Positions 10,564 to 24,500 of a stretch of DNA of 64,000 bases are shown piece after piece. Below the pieces are notes generated by a model. The model was not told the DNA's origin. It searched no databases and worked only from the letters and a program-made list of their open reading frames with translations. This DNA is from Eukaryota sp. GEM-RC1 (lineage: Eukaryota), in contig JAUFOQ010000004.1 in NCBI GenBank assembly GCA_040285855.1, positions 2,232,001-2,296,000 of the forward strand, given 5' to 3'. Position numbers and translations under genes: made by a program. Position 1 is the first letter of the stretch. Each line of letters begins with the position of its first letter.

Positions 10564-10928
10564 GAGGGATCGAAAAAAATAAATTGTATCGCAATACATT
10601 GAAATATATTATGTTGCAATAAATATTGCACTCTTTTGATGCGCAATATATTTATTGCAACAAAGGATTTATTGCAATACTTCACAACGAGATTTATGCA
10701 GAGTAACTGTAACAAGTTTTGTTCGTAAGAACACTTTCTTTCACTGTATGTCCACTCCAAGTCCAAATAAGTTAAAAGGGGACCTACAGTTGGTTTCTAC
10801 ATCTCTATTGTCATCACTCAACACATACTCCAAGTAATGAGATTTGTGGAAACTGGTACATGTGTTATTTACGAATCAATAAAGACACGACCCGCATCCA
10901 GCAATACAATTTATTTATTTCGATCCCT
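10564..10928. mobile_element. hAT-like MITE; uninterrupted sibling of the element at 35850-44016
   Basis: TIRs AGGGATCGAAAAAAATAAATTGTAT / ATACAATTTATTTATTTCGATCCCT. The interior matches 35850-35981 plus 43846-44016. Confidence 0.8.
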
Positions 10929-10953
10929 TTTAGGTGTACTTATAACTCATCTC

Positions 10954-11740
10954 ATGACAGAAAAATTCTCCATCGGACAACAAAGCTACGATGTAATGAA
11001 CCGGCATATATACGTTGATAAAACACGCCATCTGGTTGAACTTGCTCAAGATGAGTGTCCTTTCTGTTTATCAAGGCCTGGTCGAATTGGCAAATCTCTC
11101 CTTACCTCTACACTTTCAAAGCTCTTTGCTGGAAATAAGGACTTCTTTGAGAATACATTTGCATACAAGAACTGGGATTGGAGTACCACCTATCCAGTCA
11201 TTCATCTTGACTTTAGTGGTTGCTCTATCTTTTCTCGAGAAGAATTGAGACATGACCTTCTATCTAAGATCACTGCTGTTGCTAAACCTTATGGTGTTTC
11301 TTTTCGAACTGATGTTACACCTCACGATGCTTTGTCTATTCTCATCGAAACGCTATCACTGAACACCTCTCTCCCCGACGACCGAGTTGTTCTTCTTATT
11401 GATGAATACGATGCACCGCTTTTAGACGCCCTCAATTCTCCTATATTTGAGGAAGTGAAACAAGTCATGAGTCCAATCTTCAATGTCATTAAGAGTGCTG
11501 ACGAATATTTGCGATTTACTTTTTTAACGGGAGTGACTCAATTTTCAAAGTCGAGTTTGTTTTTGGTTTAAACAGTGTAATTGACATTCCACTGAATCCT
11601 AAGTATGCTTCAATAACTGGCTTCGCACGTGAAGAAATTGAACAACACTACCCCAAATTTATCGATGAAGCAATGTCAAAACTGAACACAGAGAACCAAT
11701 TTTGGGAAAAGTTTTAAAAATACTATATTGGATAGGTATT
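10954..11740 (+). pseudogene. Bacterial-type AAA-ATPase-like protein (AAA_PD-(D/E)XK nuclease family), truncated
   Basis: YVDKT, LSRPGRIGKSL (cf. RPRRFGKSL), YPVIHLDFS, LLIDEYDAP, FLTGVTQFSKSSLF; after a frameshift GLNSVIDIPLNPKYASITGF, then stops. Confidence 0.8.
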
Positions 11741-12240
11741 GGAAAAACATTTTTGTCCGATAAATTATTTTTTCCCGAACCAATAATTATTTTCTGTTTT
11801 TGTGTGACAAAAATTAATATTTGTTTATTACAGAAAAATACAATATATGTTTATACTGTTGTTAAGTACGTGCACTAAGCGTTGTACATGAAACGATTTA
11901 CGGTTCCCACTCATCATTATTATCCTGTTTAAATTTCACACTGTTTCTTGCTTGCTTGACATTTCTGTTATTAAAATATAATCTAAATACTTTGTTGATC
12001 TCCTCTTGCCCAACTATTCGTCTTTCTTCAGAATAAGATCATGTTCCAACTTACTGTACGAAAAAGTTATCGTGAAACTAGATCAATTTTTGAATTTTTG
12101 TAAAAAGAATCATTTCATTTGAAGACACCAACTTACCACGTACAATGTACACTATTCAAAACTAGAATGCACTAGTTAAAGTATCTGAACTAAACTCCAC
12201 CTGACTAAAAATTTTTTTAAATGTAATTATTGAAATTTAG

Positions 12241-13952
12241 TCATACACAAATACGGTTACTATAGAGTCTTCTCATATACTGCTGGATTTCAGGTTCAAT
12301 GGGATTACCTGTTAAATCAAAAACAATACTGGAAGAAAATGACTTCAATAATTCAGTTAAAACCATAGCACCGTATGATTTAATAAAATTTGATTGTAAA
12401 CCAATATTTGTAAGATTTGAAGAAGATTTTGATTGAAGTGTAGAAACTAAATTGAACAAATCTTGATCCGTCAATTGACAGTGGCTCACTTCAACTGAGG
12501 TCAATGACGAATTTTGGTTAACTAAACCACAAAAAGCACTAAAGGCTTGTGGAAAAAACCGAATTCTTCTCAAAACAAGTCGTTTAAGTTGAAATTTGGC
12601 CAAAAAGTGGTCAAATAAGGAATTTCTTGCACTGTGACAATTATAAAATCTAATGCCACATAAGAGAATATTCTATTGATGACGTCAACAAAATGAGGTG
12701 AAATGTCAACAATTGACCTGAGTTTTTCTGATTGAAACTTTTCATAGATTAAAAGAAGAGAATTTAAATCGTAACATCGGAAAAGACTTTTTCCAGTGAA
12801 GAATTATTTTCCAGACTACTGAAAAATTTGGCCAATTGGTTATCATTTATACGTGGAAACACAATTTTCAAAACACGCAAATTGACTTTTACTCGTAACA
12901 CTTCATCCAAAGAATCCATGTCTTGATCAATAAATTCAGCATCGATAATGCTCAATTCTTTTAAAGAATTTGTAAACATGAAGGGGTTTACTAAATTTAA
13001 ATTAATATCATACAAGAAGATCTCCCTGATTGAGGAATTGAGTTTCTCAATAGGATGGATATGACAATCTTCCTCCTCATAGCCAGGTAAATGAATAATT
13101 TTGATAGAACTAGTGTTGAACAGATGTCTGATAGAAGAAGAAGTTTCTACTACAACTCCACAAAAATCGAGTTCTCTGACATAGACATTTCTTGAAATAG
13201 CTGAGCACAATTGTAGAAATTCTGCATCATTCACATATGTTTCACATCTGTCCTGAAGGGGAATTGAAATTTTCTTCTTGGTTTTGTTGTGAAATATTAA
13301 ATTTCTCAAACTACTGCACAAAGAAGGGGAATCCCCGTAAAATCTGAGTGATAATTCCAACACCGTTGAGTTAGACTCTAATTTTGAGCAAACTACCTTA
13401 AGCAGTTCTGCACCAACGCTTTGTAATATAAGTTGTTTAAGATTAGGTAAGAATGAACAAGAAGAAGATAAAAGGAAATCAGTGTTTATCATATTTGTAT
13501 TTGATAGCCGAACTGAAGAAATGATTGTTGAGTACTCCAAAAGATCGTGAGATACATAGGAGTCATCTACACTGAGACATATTGCAGTAATGTCAGCTCC
13601 AAAGAGCTGAGCCACACCAGAAAGTAAAGCAAAGTCTTCAGGATGACCTGGAACAATATTATTTTCTAAAAAGATTTTTACTGCTGCATTTGCAGAGTTA
13701 AAGAAAGACTGGCTGACAAAGCCAGATTTAGAGAATAATATAACAAAACAATATAAATATTACAACTCGATGAAAATCATAGATGAAGAGGTTCGAATCT
13801 AGACTGGACGTTCGTAAGAAGATACGTCGGAGTAGGTGAGAGTTGATCAGTACTAGTAAGGAGTGAGGAAGATGTTCACATGGATTTATAGATTCCGAAA
13901 AGGAGTCCAGAGAGCTACGTTTCTGCTTCAATGGAGGTGATATGATGGACAA
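12241..13952 (-). pseudogene. Leucine-rich-repeat (RNI-like) protein, broken into three ORFs
   Basis: NSSLTSVEVSHCQLTD, NLTNIGLQSNFIKSYGA, NSTVLELSL and NSSLEKV motifs in collinear ORFs. Confidence 0.6.
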
Positions 13953-14820
13953 GAGAATTCGCTTACTTCATGTCTCAACAACTCAATTCATTCCGTTAAC
14001 ATAAGTTTGGTACCATATTTTCTGTGTCTCAGTTGCTTCCGAAATTGATGACGTCATCGCAAACCTTCATGTGTCTTCCAACATTGTTGTAACTTTGTTG
14101 CAACTTTACATTTCCCTCCGTGATGAATTCAACTGTCCTTCTTACTTTGAATTTCAAGCAATTCAAACCCAAGGATGACAGGAAAGTGTATATGAATTAT
14201 TTCTATATGGAAATGTTGCTTTAAAAAACAGATCAGTAACATACTAGCTACTTCACTGACACACGCGTTAGAGCACAGAAGTGTCCGAGTGTTATTTGAA
14301 ATTTGATGTGTTTTTCATTTTTTCATCGATGCAAGAAGTAATTTCTTTCACTCAAATATTTTGAAACACACACAAAAGGTACTCAATTAAACTACACATT
14401 CAATTCTGCAAACTAAATTAAGCACTGGCAATGCTTATTCAAGAGTTTTTCGCAAATCAATTAAAAACCTATTTTAAGAAATGAATTCGAATTAATGGAA
14501 AATGTAGAATATCATGGGTAAGTTTTCTTGGGTTTCTATGATAGTTATATTCTCTATCAGATTAGCTATATAATAAGTGAGGTTTCAAGGTCGTGATGCT
14601 CTGAACTAAAGGAGTGTAATTTTTCCTTCTGTACTGATTACAATTACTCAATTTTATCGATTATTGCTGTTAAATTGTTGAGTTTAGTTCGTGCACTGCA
14701 CGTTAATTGGTCCACTCCAGTCAGGTCAATTAATTTGTGGGACTACGATCAATAACTACACTAAATACTTAGAACAACAAAAGCTACTACTATTGTCAGG
14801 TACTAGTCTTCAGTCACAGT

Positions 14821-15160
14821 CAGGGACCGTCAAAAATATATCGCAATATATTACCGGGTCAAAAGGATTTGCAATACAGTATTGTAATAACTTGAAACAA
14901 TATAAGCATTGTTGAGTAGATTATTTATTGTAGTAATTGAATCGATAAGTCATAAGATCATCATTAGTCAGTATCTAAGTTGACTAGTTTCTGATTAACC
15001 ATCTTGCGAACCAAACAAAAGTCCCAAAACTCTCTGTTTACAGGAAGAAATTGTTGATTGGCAAGTCTTCGATGAGAAAAGTTGTGTCGTGACAACTCTT
15101 GCGCCAATCGTGCTTTACTGAAAAGTCGTTCTACAACATTTGATGTTGCTGGGATCAATT
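14821..15160 (-). mobile_element. hAT transposase C-terminal dimerisation-domain remnant with terminal repeat
   Basis: IPATSNVVERLFSKAR...RRL motif. The end at 14821 reads CAGGGACCGTCAAAAATATATCGCAAT, similar to the CAGGGATCG MITE ends. Confidence 0.7.
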
Positions 15161-17399
15161 GTAAAAAGTATGCAAATTGAAATTATGGTCATGTTCTATT
15201 ATCATAAACTTCAATCGTGCTCACGTGATCATCACGTCAGATGATAATTGTAAATTTATGTTAACTAAGAGTGGTGTAGGGTACTGATTGCATTACGCGA
15301 ACAAAACTTCTATATTAACAATACTCTGGAATTGTTTAAAAATGATTCCATGTCGTTCGGCCTTAAAAAATTGAATTTTGACATCCTTTTTGTTTCTTTA
15401 TAGCTGGGCCAAAATTATCCAGGATTGTTCTGGAACACTATTTTTGACTTCCTACTTCAATTTTATAGAAATCAATTCTGACACTTGAATGTTTCGCGAG
15501 TTTGGTCACGAGATTTTTGGTGGCGGATTGTTCGGAGAAATGACAGTATTTGTTGTAGTTGTAGATTTGTGGAATTTCATATTAGGTTTTTATCTTCCTT
15601 TTTTACATCTATAGAGGTTCTTTCCTTATAAAGGTTCTCCTCTAATTAGTATGTCCCATTATAGTGCACAAAGACCAACATATTCTTAGGTTGTTGGTGT
15701 CCACATACAGGCTTTACTAATGTAAAGGCAATCTACCTCGTTCCATCTCCTTAGATTCTTCTAGTTCTCAGTAGTTCTTTTATTAGGATGTTTCCTCAGC
15801 AATGTGGTTCATTTTCACTTTATTGGCGTCCCATGGTCTAGATTTCAATTCTTCTTTTGATTTCGAATATTTACCAATAGATACAGGCGTCTTTGAATGT
15901 ATCGTGTTATGCTTCCTGACGAAGTACTTCACGGACAACTCTTTACAATTTGCACATCCAATAAAGTTGTCAAGATACTGCCTCGTACCCTCCTGCTTGC
16001 CAGAAGTGAAGCATTGGACATTTCGACAGCTTTTCTTTCAAGTAGTAACATCAGTAGTTGAATCAGAGCGAGGTTTTGGTTGGACATTAGCAGTTGTTTT
16101 TTAATTTTTGTTTTATTTCAAGATATCGTCAGACTCATTAGCTCGCGCATTTATAAATTCACAATGATAATGAAATTTATTGACCATTAGGAAAGGCGTT
16201 TTATATTTGTATATACTAATAGTAATATCACATTCCAACAGTTTAATCCCACTGATCAGTCGCCAACTTGATGACGTCACCAAAAGAGATGTAAAATGGG
16301 TGAAAAAGTGGCTTGGGCCCAGCCGCCAACCCTAGAAGAATTTTGAAAAAAGAAATCTTTAATTCTATCCGAAAGTGATCTTGATTAATGACACACAGGA
16401 GTATAACTCAGCTTAAGACAAGTTATCATAACCTTAACGTCTAGCCGAAAAAACAACGACTCTTTTACAAATAATCGAACTCAACATTTTTGTATTTCTC
16501 GTATCTCAATAAGCATTCTGAGTAGAAATTTGCATAAATTTAAATTTTGATACATCATGCAGTTAAATAATGGTTACTATGTGTGAATAGACTTTAATCG
16601 GGACTATTTTATCACTATCATTTGATTGTTGGTCAGTTATGTGATATATCGAGTTAACTGAACTGACTAACGAATTCCCCCCCCCCATCCCCCACAACCA
16701 GCTTGAGTAGAAATGATTTGCAGAAACAATTCAACCCTAACTTACGATCAAAATATTTGTTTTTTTTTACTTTTAGGATTATTATAATCACTGAAAGCAC
16801 TCTTGACTATACGTACATGTATTGACATAACAATAGAACATAGTTTCTGTTCTACTATTTAAGATCCGTTAACAGTCTTTGCTATTTGTAAAATTAAATA
16901 TTTGGTTTGTTTTAAATATGTAAAGAAGAGTTTTTAGACCACTATAATAAACCTTAAATAAAGTACTACTGTTGACTCCAATTGGAATATAGAGATTTTT
17001 AAAAGTAAAGTTGCATCTCCAAACGACGCCTACAACTTCTAAACACACATGTTTGTTTAAACAATTGAAAATTGGAAAAGATTCTTGTTGACTTTTTGAG
17101 GGATCAATTTTGACGGTCGTTTACTGATTCTCAAAACAAATCTCCAGTGTTCTTTTATTATGATATGAATTTTTGTACCCTCCGTCAATAAACTGTCTCA
17201 ATCTCCAGTGTTTGAATCTGAAAGTGTTATGTCTAGGAACCCACTTGGCTGGTGAATTGGATGATGTCAATCCTATGGAATCTTGAACATTTTTTGATAT
17301 GATCGCATTGAGAAATCTCAACAACCGAAATGACACTTGTTAATTACTCTTAGAAATCATTTAATGATTTTAAAGAGTTGTGTCAGCAAAAAATGTGTT

Positions 17400-18375
17400 A
17401 GTTTGAAGTCTAAGTGGAATAATAGATGTTATATATTATATACATACGACATGTTCTCGTCTAGTGGACTTACGCGTAATCATCTACCAGATAACGATGA
17501 CAATGAGTGGATTTAGTGTTAGTCGAGTATTACTATTAGTTCCAGTGTCTATTTTTGTTTTGTTTGAGTTCAAATTTGTGTGGCAAATTTACTTTTGGCT
17601 AGTTGAAAAAATTGATTACATGTAGTATGCGTTTACGGTCATATATTTGGCCTGATAACCTTCCACATAATTTGAAATGCCAATGTGGGCAATCTGTAAC
17701 ACCTACACATTTATTGAATTGTAACCGTTATATTTCTTTTAGAAGTAAGGTTCATGATTCAGTAAGGGATCAATTATATTGTATGTGTAAATTTTATGGA
17801 ATAGTTTCCTTTTTAGAACCAGTTCTGGCTGGTTTGTTTGATGATACGGATGTTGACAAATCGTTTGGAAATAGCCGTGGTGATGTCATATCTCCTGGTC
17901 TCGATGGATCTTTCATTATTGCTGATGTTATGTCTATCGATGTTTGTAATGATTGCAACAAAAAACTTGCTAAATTTAATGCTAAAAAACCCTTGTTGAT
18001 TGGTCAAAAATTTAAAATGGAAAAGTATTGTGCTAAATTGAAATTATTGAATTCAGTTTCACACTCGAATTACTTGTTGTACCCTTTTGTATTTTGGCTG
18101 TACGGTTCTTTAGTTGAATCTGCAACATCATTACTTGAAATCTTTGTGAAGATTGTAAAAGAAAAAACATCTAGGACTTTTGATCTTAGATTTTGGAAAA
18201 GTCGAATTGTGTTTGCTATCTTTAAAGGTATGGTGACTTCTGTATCTAGCGCTATATTATCTCTTGGCAGACATTATGAGGATAAGGTAGAAGAGAATTT
18301 CCAGTTAGGCAATCTGGACTTTGAGGATATTGATTATTAGATGTATGTACACTGTAGTGTTGTTACAAAAAAATA
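17400..18375 (+). mobile_element. RLE non-LTR retrotransposon 3' fragment, family B
   Basis: MRLRSYIWP, CQCG..HLLNC, HDSVRD, LEP, RGD, ADV, K..KY, YPFVF.LYGSL, FWKSRIVFAIFK (CCHC finger plus PD-(D/E)xK endonuclease). Confidence 0.85.
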
Positions 18376-18507
18376 CATGTATTTGTATTTTCCAAGTATG
18401 CTTACTACTTTTTATTTTTTTTTTATTTGACAAGTTTTATTTAATACATATTTATTGGTATCTTTCAATTCATTTTTTACAATATATCAGTACAAAATAT
18501 AGAACCA

Positions 18508-21500
18508 CTAAGAACAGCTACTACCGATACGGATTCCCCAAGAAGAATTTGTTGGGGGATGCTTCTTGTGGTGTCTTTCTTTCCACAAGACTTGTTGCTC
18601 AAGGTCTATCTTCAGACATTTCACTTCCCGATCCTTGGCTTTTAGTTGAGACTCGAGATTTGAATTTAATGAGACAAGTTCCTGTAATTTAGATTCAAGT
18701 TCTTCACTAGAAGAATTCTTCAAAGCATGGATTTCACTGGACAATTCAGTATTAATTACTTCCTTCTCTTTTAGTTGAGACTCGAGAGTTAAATTTGAAG
18801 CGACAAGTTCCTGTAATTTAGAATCGATTTCCTCGTTATTAGAATTCTTCAAAGCTTGAATTTCACTGGACAATTCAGTATTAATTATTTCCCTCTCTTT
18901 TAGTTGAGATTCGAGAGTTGAAGTCAAAGCGACAAGTTCCTGTAATTTAGAATCTATTTTCTCGTTAGTAGAATTCTTCAAAGCTTGGATTTCACTGGAC
19001 AATTCAGTATTAATTACTTCCTTCTCTTTTAGTTGAGACTCGAGATTTGAATTTAAAGAGACAAGTTCCTGTAATTTAGATTCAAGTTCTTCACTAGAAG
19101 AATTCTTCAAAGCATGGATTTCACTGGACAATTCAGTATTTATTACTTCCTTCTCTTTTAGTTGAGACTCGAGAGTTAAATTTAAAGCGACAAGTTCCTG
19201 TAATTTAGAATCTATTTCCTCGTTAGTAGAATTCTTCAAAGCATGGATTTCACTGGACAATTCAGTACTAATTATTTCCTTCTCTTTTAGTTGAGATTCG
19301 AGAGTTGAAGTCAAAGCGACAAGTTCCTGTAATTTAGAATCTATTTTCTCGTTAGTAGAATTCTTCAAAGCTTGGATTTCACTAGACAATTCAGTATTAA
19401 TTACTTCATTCTCTTTTAGTTGAGACTCGAGAGTTAAATTTAAAGCGACAAGTTCCTGTAATTTAGAATCGATTTCCTCGTTATTAGAATTCTTCAAAGC
19501 TTGGATTTCACTGGACAATTCAGTATTAATTATTTCCTTCTTTTTTAGTTGAGATTCGAGAGTTGAAGTCAAAGCGACAAGTTCCTGTAATTTAGAATCT
19601 ATTTTCTCGTTAGTAGAATTCTTCAAAGCTTGGATTTCACTGGACAATTCAGTATTAATTACTTCCTTCTCTTTTAGTTGAGACTCGAGATTTGAATTTA
19701 AAGAGACAAGTTCCTGTAATTTAGATTCAAGTTCTTCACTAGAAGAATTCTTCAAAGCATGGATTTCACTGGACAATTCAGTATTAATTACTTCCTTCTC
19801 TTTTAGTTGAGACTCGAGAGTTAAATTTAAAGCGACAAGTTCCTGTAATTTAGAATCGATTTCCTCGTTATTAGAATTCTTCAAAGCTTGAATTTCACTG
19901 GACAATTCAGTATTAATTATTTCCCTCTCTTTTAGTTGAGATTCGAGAGTTGAAGTCAAAGCGACAAGTTCCTGTAATTTAGAATCTATTTTCTCGTTAG
20001 TAGAATTCTTCAAAGCTTGGATTTCACTGGACAATTCAGTATTAATTACTTCCTTCTCTTTTAGTTGAGACTCGAGAGTTGAAGTCAAAGCGACAAGTTC
20101 CTGTAATTTAGAATCTATTTCCTCGTTAGTAGAATTCTTCAAAGCTTGGATTTCACTGGACAATTCATTATTAATTACTTCCTTCTCTTTTAGTTGAGAC
20201 TCGAGATTTGAATTTAAAGAGACAAGTTCCTGTAATTTAGAATCTATTTCCTCGTTAGTAGAATTCTTCAAAGCTTGGATTTCACTGGACAATTCATTAT
20301 TAATTACTTCCTTCTCTTTTAGTTGAGACTCGAGATTTGAATTTAAAGAGACAAGTTCCTGTAATTTAGATTCAAGTTCTTCACTAGAAGAATTCTTCAA
20401 AGCATGGATTTCACTGGACAATTCAGTATTTATTACTTCCTTCTCTTTTAGTTGAGACTCGAGAGTTAAATTTAAAGCGACAAGTTCCTGTAATTTAGAA
20501 TCTATTTTCTCGTTAGTAGAATTCTTCAAAGCTTGGATTTCACTAGACAATTCAGTATTAATTACTTCATTCTCTTTTAGTTGAGACTCGAGAGTTAAAT
20601 TTAAAGCGACAAGTTCCTGTAATTTAGAATCGATTTCCTCGTTATTAGAATTCTTCAAAGCTTGGATTTCACTGGACAATTCAGTATTAATTATTTCCTT
20701 CTTTTTAGTTGAGATTCGAGAGTTGAAGTCAAAGCGACAAGTTCCTGTAATTTAGAATCTATTTTCTCGTTAGTAGAATTCTTCAAAGCTTGGATTTCAC
20801 TGGACAATTCAGTATTAATTACTTCCTTCTCTTTTAGTTGAGACTCGAGAGTTAAATTTAAAGCGACAAGTTCCTGTAATTTAGAATCTATTTCCTCGTC
20901 AGTAGAATTCTTCAAAGCTTGGATTTCACTGGACAATTCAGTATTAATTACTTCCTTCTCTTTTAGTTGAGACTCGAGAGTTAAATTTAAAGCGACAAGT
21001 TCCTGTAATTTAGAATCGATTTCCTCGTTATTAGAATTCTTCAAAGCTTGAATTTCACTGGACAATTCAGTATTAATTATTTCCCTCTCTTTTAGTTGAG
21101 ATTCGAGAGTTGAAGTCAAAGCGACAAGTTCCTGTAATTTAGAATCTATTTTCTCGTTAGTAGAATTCTTCAAAGCTTGGATTTCACTGGACAATTCAGT
21201 ATTAATTACTTCCTTCTCTTTTAGTTGAGACTCGAGAGTTGAAGTCAAAGCGACAAGTTCCTGTAATTTAGAATCTATTTCCTCGTTAGTAGAATTCTTC
21301 AAAGCTTGGATTTCACTGGACAATTCAGTATTAATTACTTCCTTCTCTTTTAGTTGAGACTCGAGAGTTGAAGTCAAAGCGACAAGTTCCTGTAATTTAG
21401 AATCTATTTCCTCGTTAGTAGAATTCTTCAAAGCATGGATTTCACTGGACAATTCAGTATTAATTACTTCCTTCTCTTTTAGTTGAGACTCGAGAGTTAA

Positions 21501-24500
21501 ATTTAAAGCGACAAGTTCCTGTAATTTAGAATCTATTTCCTCGTCAGTAGAATTCTTCAAAGCTTGGATTTCACTGGACAATTCAGTATTAATTACTTCC
21601 TTCTCTTTTAGTTGAGACTCGAGAGTTAAATTTAAAGCGACAAGTTCCTGTAATTTAGAATCGATTTCCTCGTTATTAGAATTCTTCAAAGCTTGAATTT
21701 CACTGGACAATTCAGTATTAATTATTTCCCTCTCTTTTAGTTGAGATTCGAGAGTTGAAGTCAAAGCGACAAGTTCCTGTAATTTAGAATCTATTTTCTC
21801 GTTAGTAGAATTCTTCAAAGCTTGGATTTCACTGGACAATTCAATACTAATTATTTCCTTCTCTTTTAGTTGAGATTCGAGAGTTGAAGTCAAAGCGACA
21901 AGTTCCTGTAATTTAGAATCTATTTCCTCGTTAGTAGAATTCTTCAAAGCATGGATTTCACTGGACAATTCAGTACTAATTATTTCCTTCTCTTTTAGTT
22001 GAGATTCGAGAGTTGAAGTCAAAGCGACAAGTTCCTGTAATTTAGAATCTATTTCCTCGTTAGTAGAATTCTTCAAAGCTTGGATTTCACTGGACAATTC
22101 AGTATTAATTACTTCCTTCTCTTTTAGTTGAGACTCGAGAGTTGAAGTCAAAGCGACAAGTTCCTGTAATTTAGAATCTATTTCCTCGTTAGTAGAATTC
22201 TTCAAAGCATGGATTTCACTGGACAATTCAGTATTAATTACTTCCTTCTCTTTTAGTTGAGACTCGAGAGTTAAATTTAAAGCGACAAGTTCCTGTAATT
22301 TAGAATCTATTTCCTCGTCAGTAGAATTCTTCAAAGCTTGGATTTCACTGGACAATTCAGTATTAATTACTTCCTTCTCTTTTAGTTGAGACTCGAGAGT
22401 TAAATTTAAAGCGACAAGTTCCTGTAATTTAGAATCGATTTCCTCGTTATTAGAATTCTTCAAAGCTTGAATTTCACTGGACAATTCAGTATTAATTATT
22501 TCCCTCTCTTTTAGTTGAGATTCGAGAGTTGAAGTCAAAGCGACAAGTTCCTGTAATTTAGAATCTATTTTCTCGTTAGTAGAATTCTTCAAAGCTTGGA
22601 TTTCACTGGACAATTCAGTATTAATTACTTCCTTCTCTTTTAGTTGAGACTCGAGAGTTGAAGTCAAAGCGACAAGTTCCTGTAATTTAGAATCTATTTC
22701 CTCGTTAGTAGAATTCTTCAAAGCTTGGATTTCACTGGACAATTCAGTATTAATTACTTCCTTCTCTTTTAGTTGAGACTCGAGAGTTGAAGTCAAAGCG
22801 ACAAGTTCCTGTAATTTAGAATCTATTTCCTCGTTAGTAGAATTCTTCAAAGCATGGATTTCACTGGACAATTCAGTATTAATTACTTCCTTCTCTTTTA
22901 GTTGAGACTCGAGAGTTAAATTTAAAGCGACAAGTTCCTGTAATTTAGAATCTATTTCCTCGTCAGTAGAATTCTTCAAAGCTTGGATTTCACTGGACAA
23001 TTCAGTATTAATTACTTCCTTCTCTTTTAGTTGAGACTCGAGAGTTAAATTTAAAGCGACAAGTTCCTGTAATTTAGAATCTATTTCCTCGTCAGTAGAA
23101 TTCTTCAAAGCTTGGATTTCACTGGACAATTCAGTATTAATTACTTCCTTCTCTTTTAGTTGAGACTCGAGAGTTGAAGTCAAAGCGACAAGTTCCTGTA
23201 ATTTAGAATCTATTTCCTCGTTAGTAGAATTCTTCAAAGCTTGGATTTCACTGGACAATTCAGTATTAATTACTTCCTTCTCTTTTAGTTGAGACTCGAG
23301 AGTTGGAAGTCAAAGCGACAAGTTCCTGTAATTTAGAATCTATTTCCTCGTTAGTAGAATTCTTCAAAGCATGGATTTCACTGGACAATTCAGTATTAAT
23401 TACTTCCTTCTCTTTTAGTTGAGACTCGAGAGTTAAATTTAAAGCGACAAGTTCCTGTAATTTAGAATCTATTTCCTCGTCAGTAGAATTCTTCAAAGCT
23501 TGGATTTCACTGGACAATTCAGTATTAATTACTTCCTTCTCTTTTAGTTGAGACTCGAGAGTTAAATTTAAAGCGACAAGTTCCTGTAATTTAGAATCGA
23601 TTTCCTCGTTATTAGAATTCTTCAAAGCTTGAATTTCACTGGACAATTCAGTATTAATTATTTCCCTCTCTTTTAGTTGAGATTCGAGAGTTGAAGTCAA
23701 AGCGACAAGTTCCTGTAATTTAGAATCTATTTTCTCGTTAGTAGAATTCTTCAAAGCTTGGATTTCACTGGACAATTCAGTATTAATTACTTCCTTCTCT
23801 TTTAGTTGAGACTCGAGAGTTGAAGTCAAAGCGACAAGTTCCTGTAATTTAGAATCTATTTCCTCGTTAGTAGAATTCTTCAAAGCTTGGATTTCACTGG
23901 ACAATTCAGTATTAATTACTTCCTTCTCTTTTAGTTGAGACTCGAGAGTTGAAGTCAAAGCGACAAGTTCCTGTAATTTAGAATCTATTTCCTCGTTAGT
24001 AGAATTCTTCAAAGCATGGATTTCACTGGACAATTCAGTATTAATTACTTCCTTCTCTTTTAGTTGAGACTCGAGAGTTAAATTTAAAGCGACAAGTTCC
24101 TGTAATTTAGAATCTATTTCCTCGTCAGTAGAATTCTTCAAAGCTTGGATTTCACTGGACAATTCAGTATTAATTACTTCCTTCTCTTTTAGTTGAGACT
24201 CGAGAGTTAAATTTAAAGCGACAAGTTCCTGTAATTTAGAATCTATTTCCTCGTCAGTAGAATTCTTCAAAGCTTGGATTTCACTGGACAATTCAGTATT
24301 AATTACTTCCTTCTCTTTTAGTTGAGACTCGAGCGTTGAAGTCAAAGCGACAAGTTCCTGTAATTTAGAATCTATTTCCTCGTTAGTAGAATTCTTCAAA
24401 GCTTGGATTTCACTGGACAATTCAATACTAATTATTTCCTTCTCTTTTAGTTGAGATTCGAGAGTTGAAGTCAAAGCGACAAGTTCCTGTAATTTAGAAT

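Noticed and set aside
15480..16130. Cys/His-containing minus-strand coding remnant
   Set aside because: Too many stops and no recognisable motif; it cannot be assigned.
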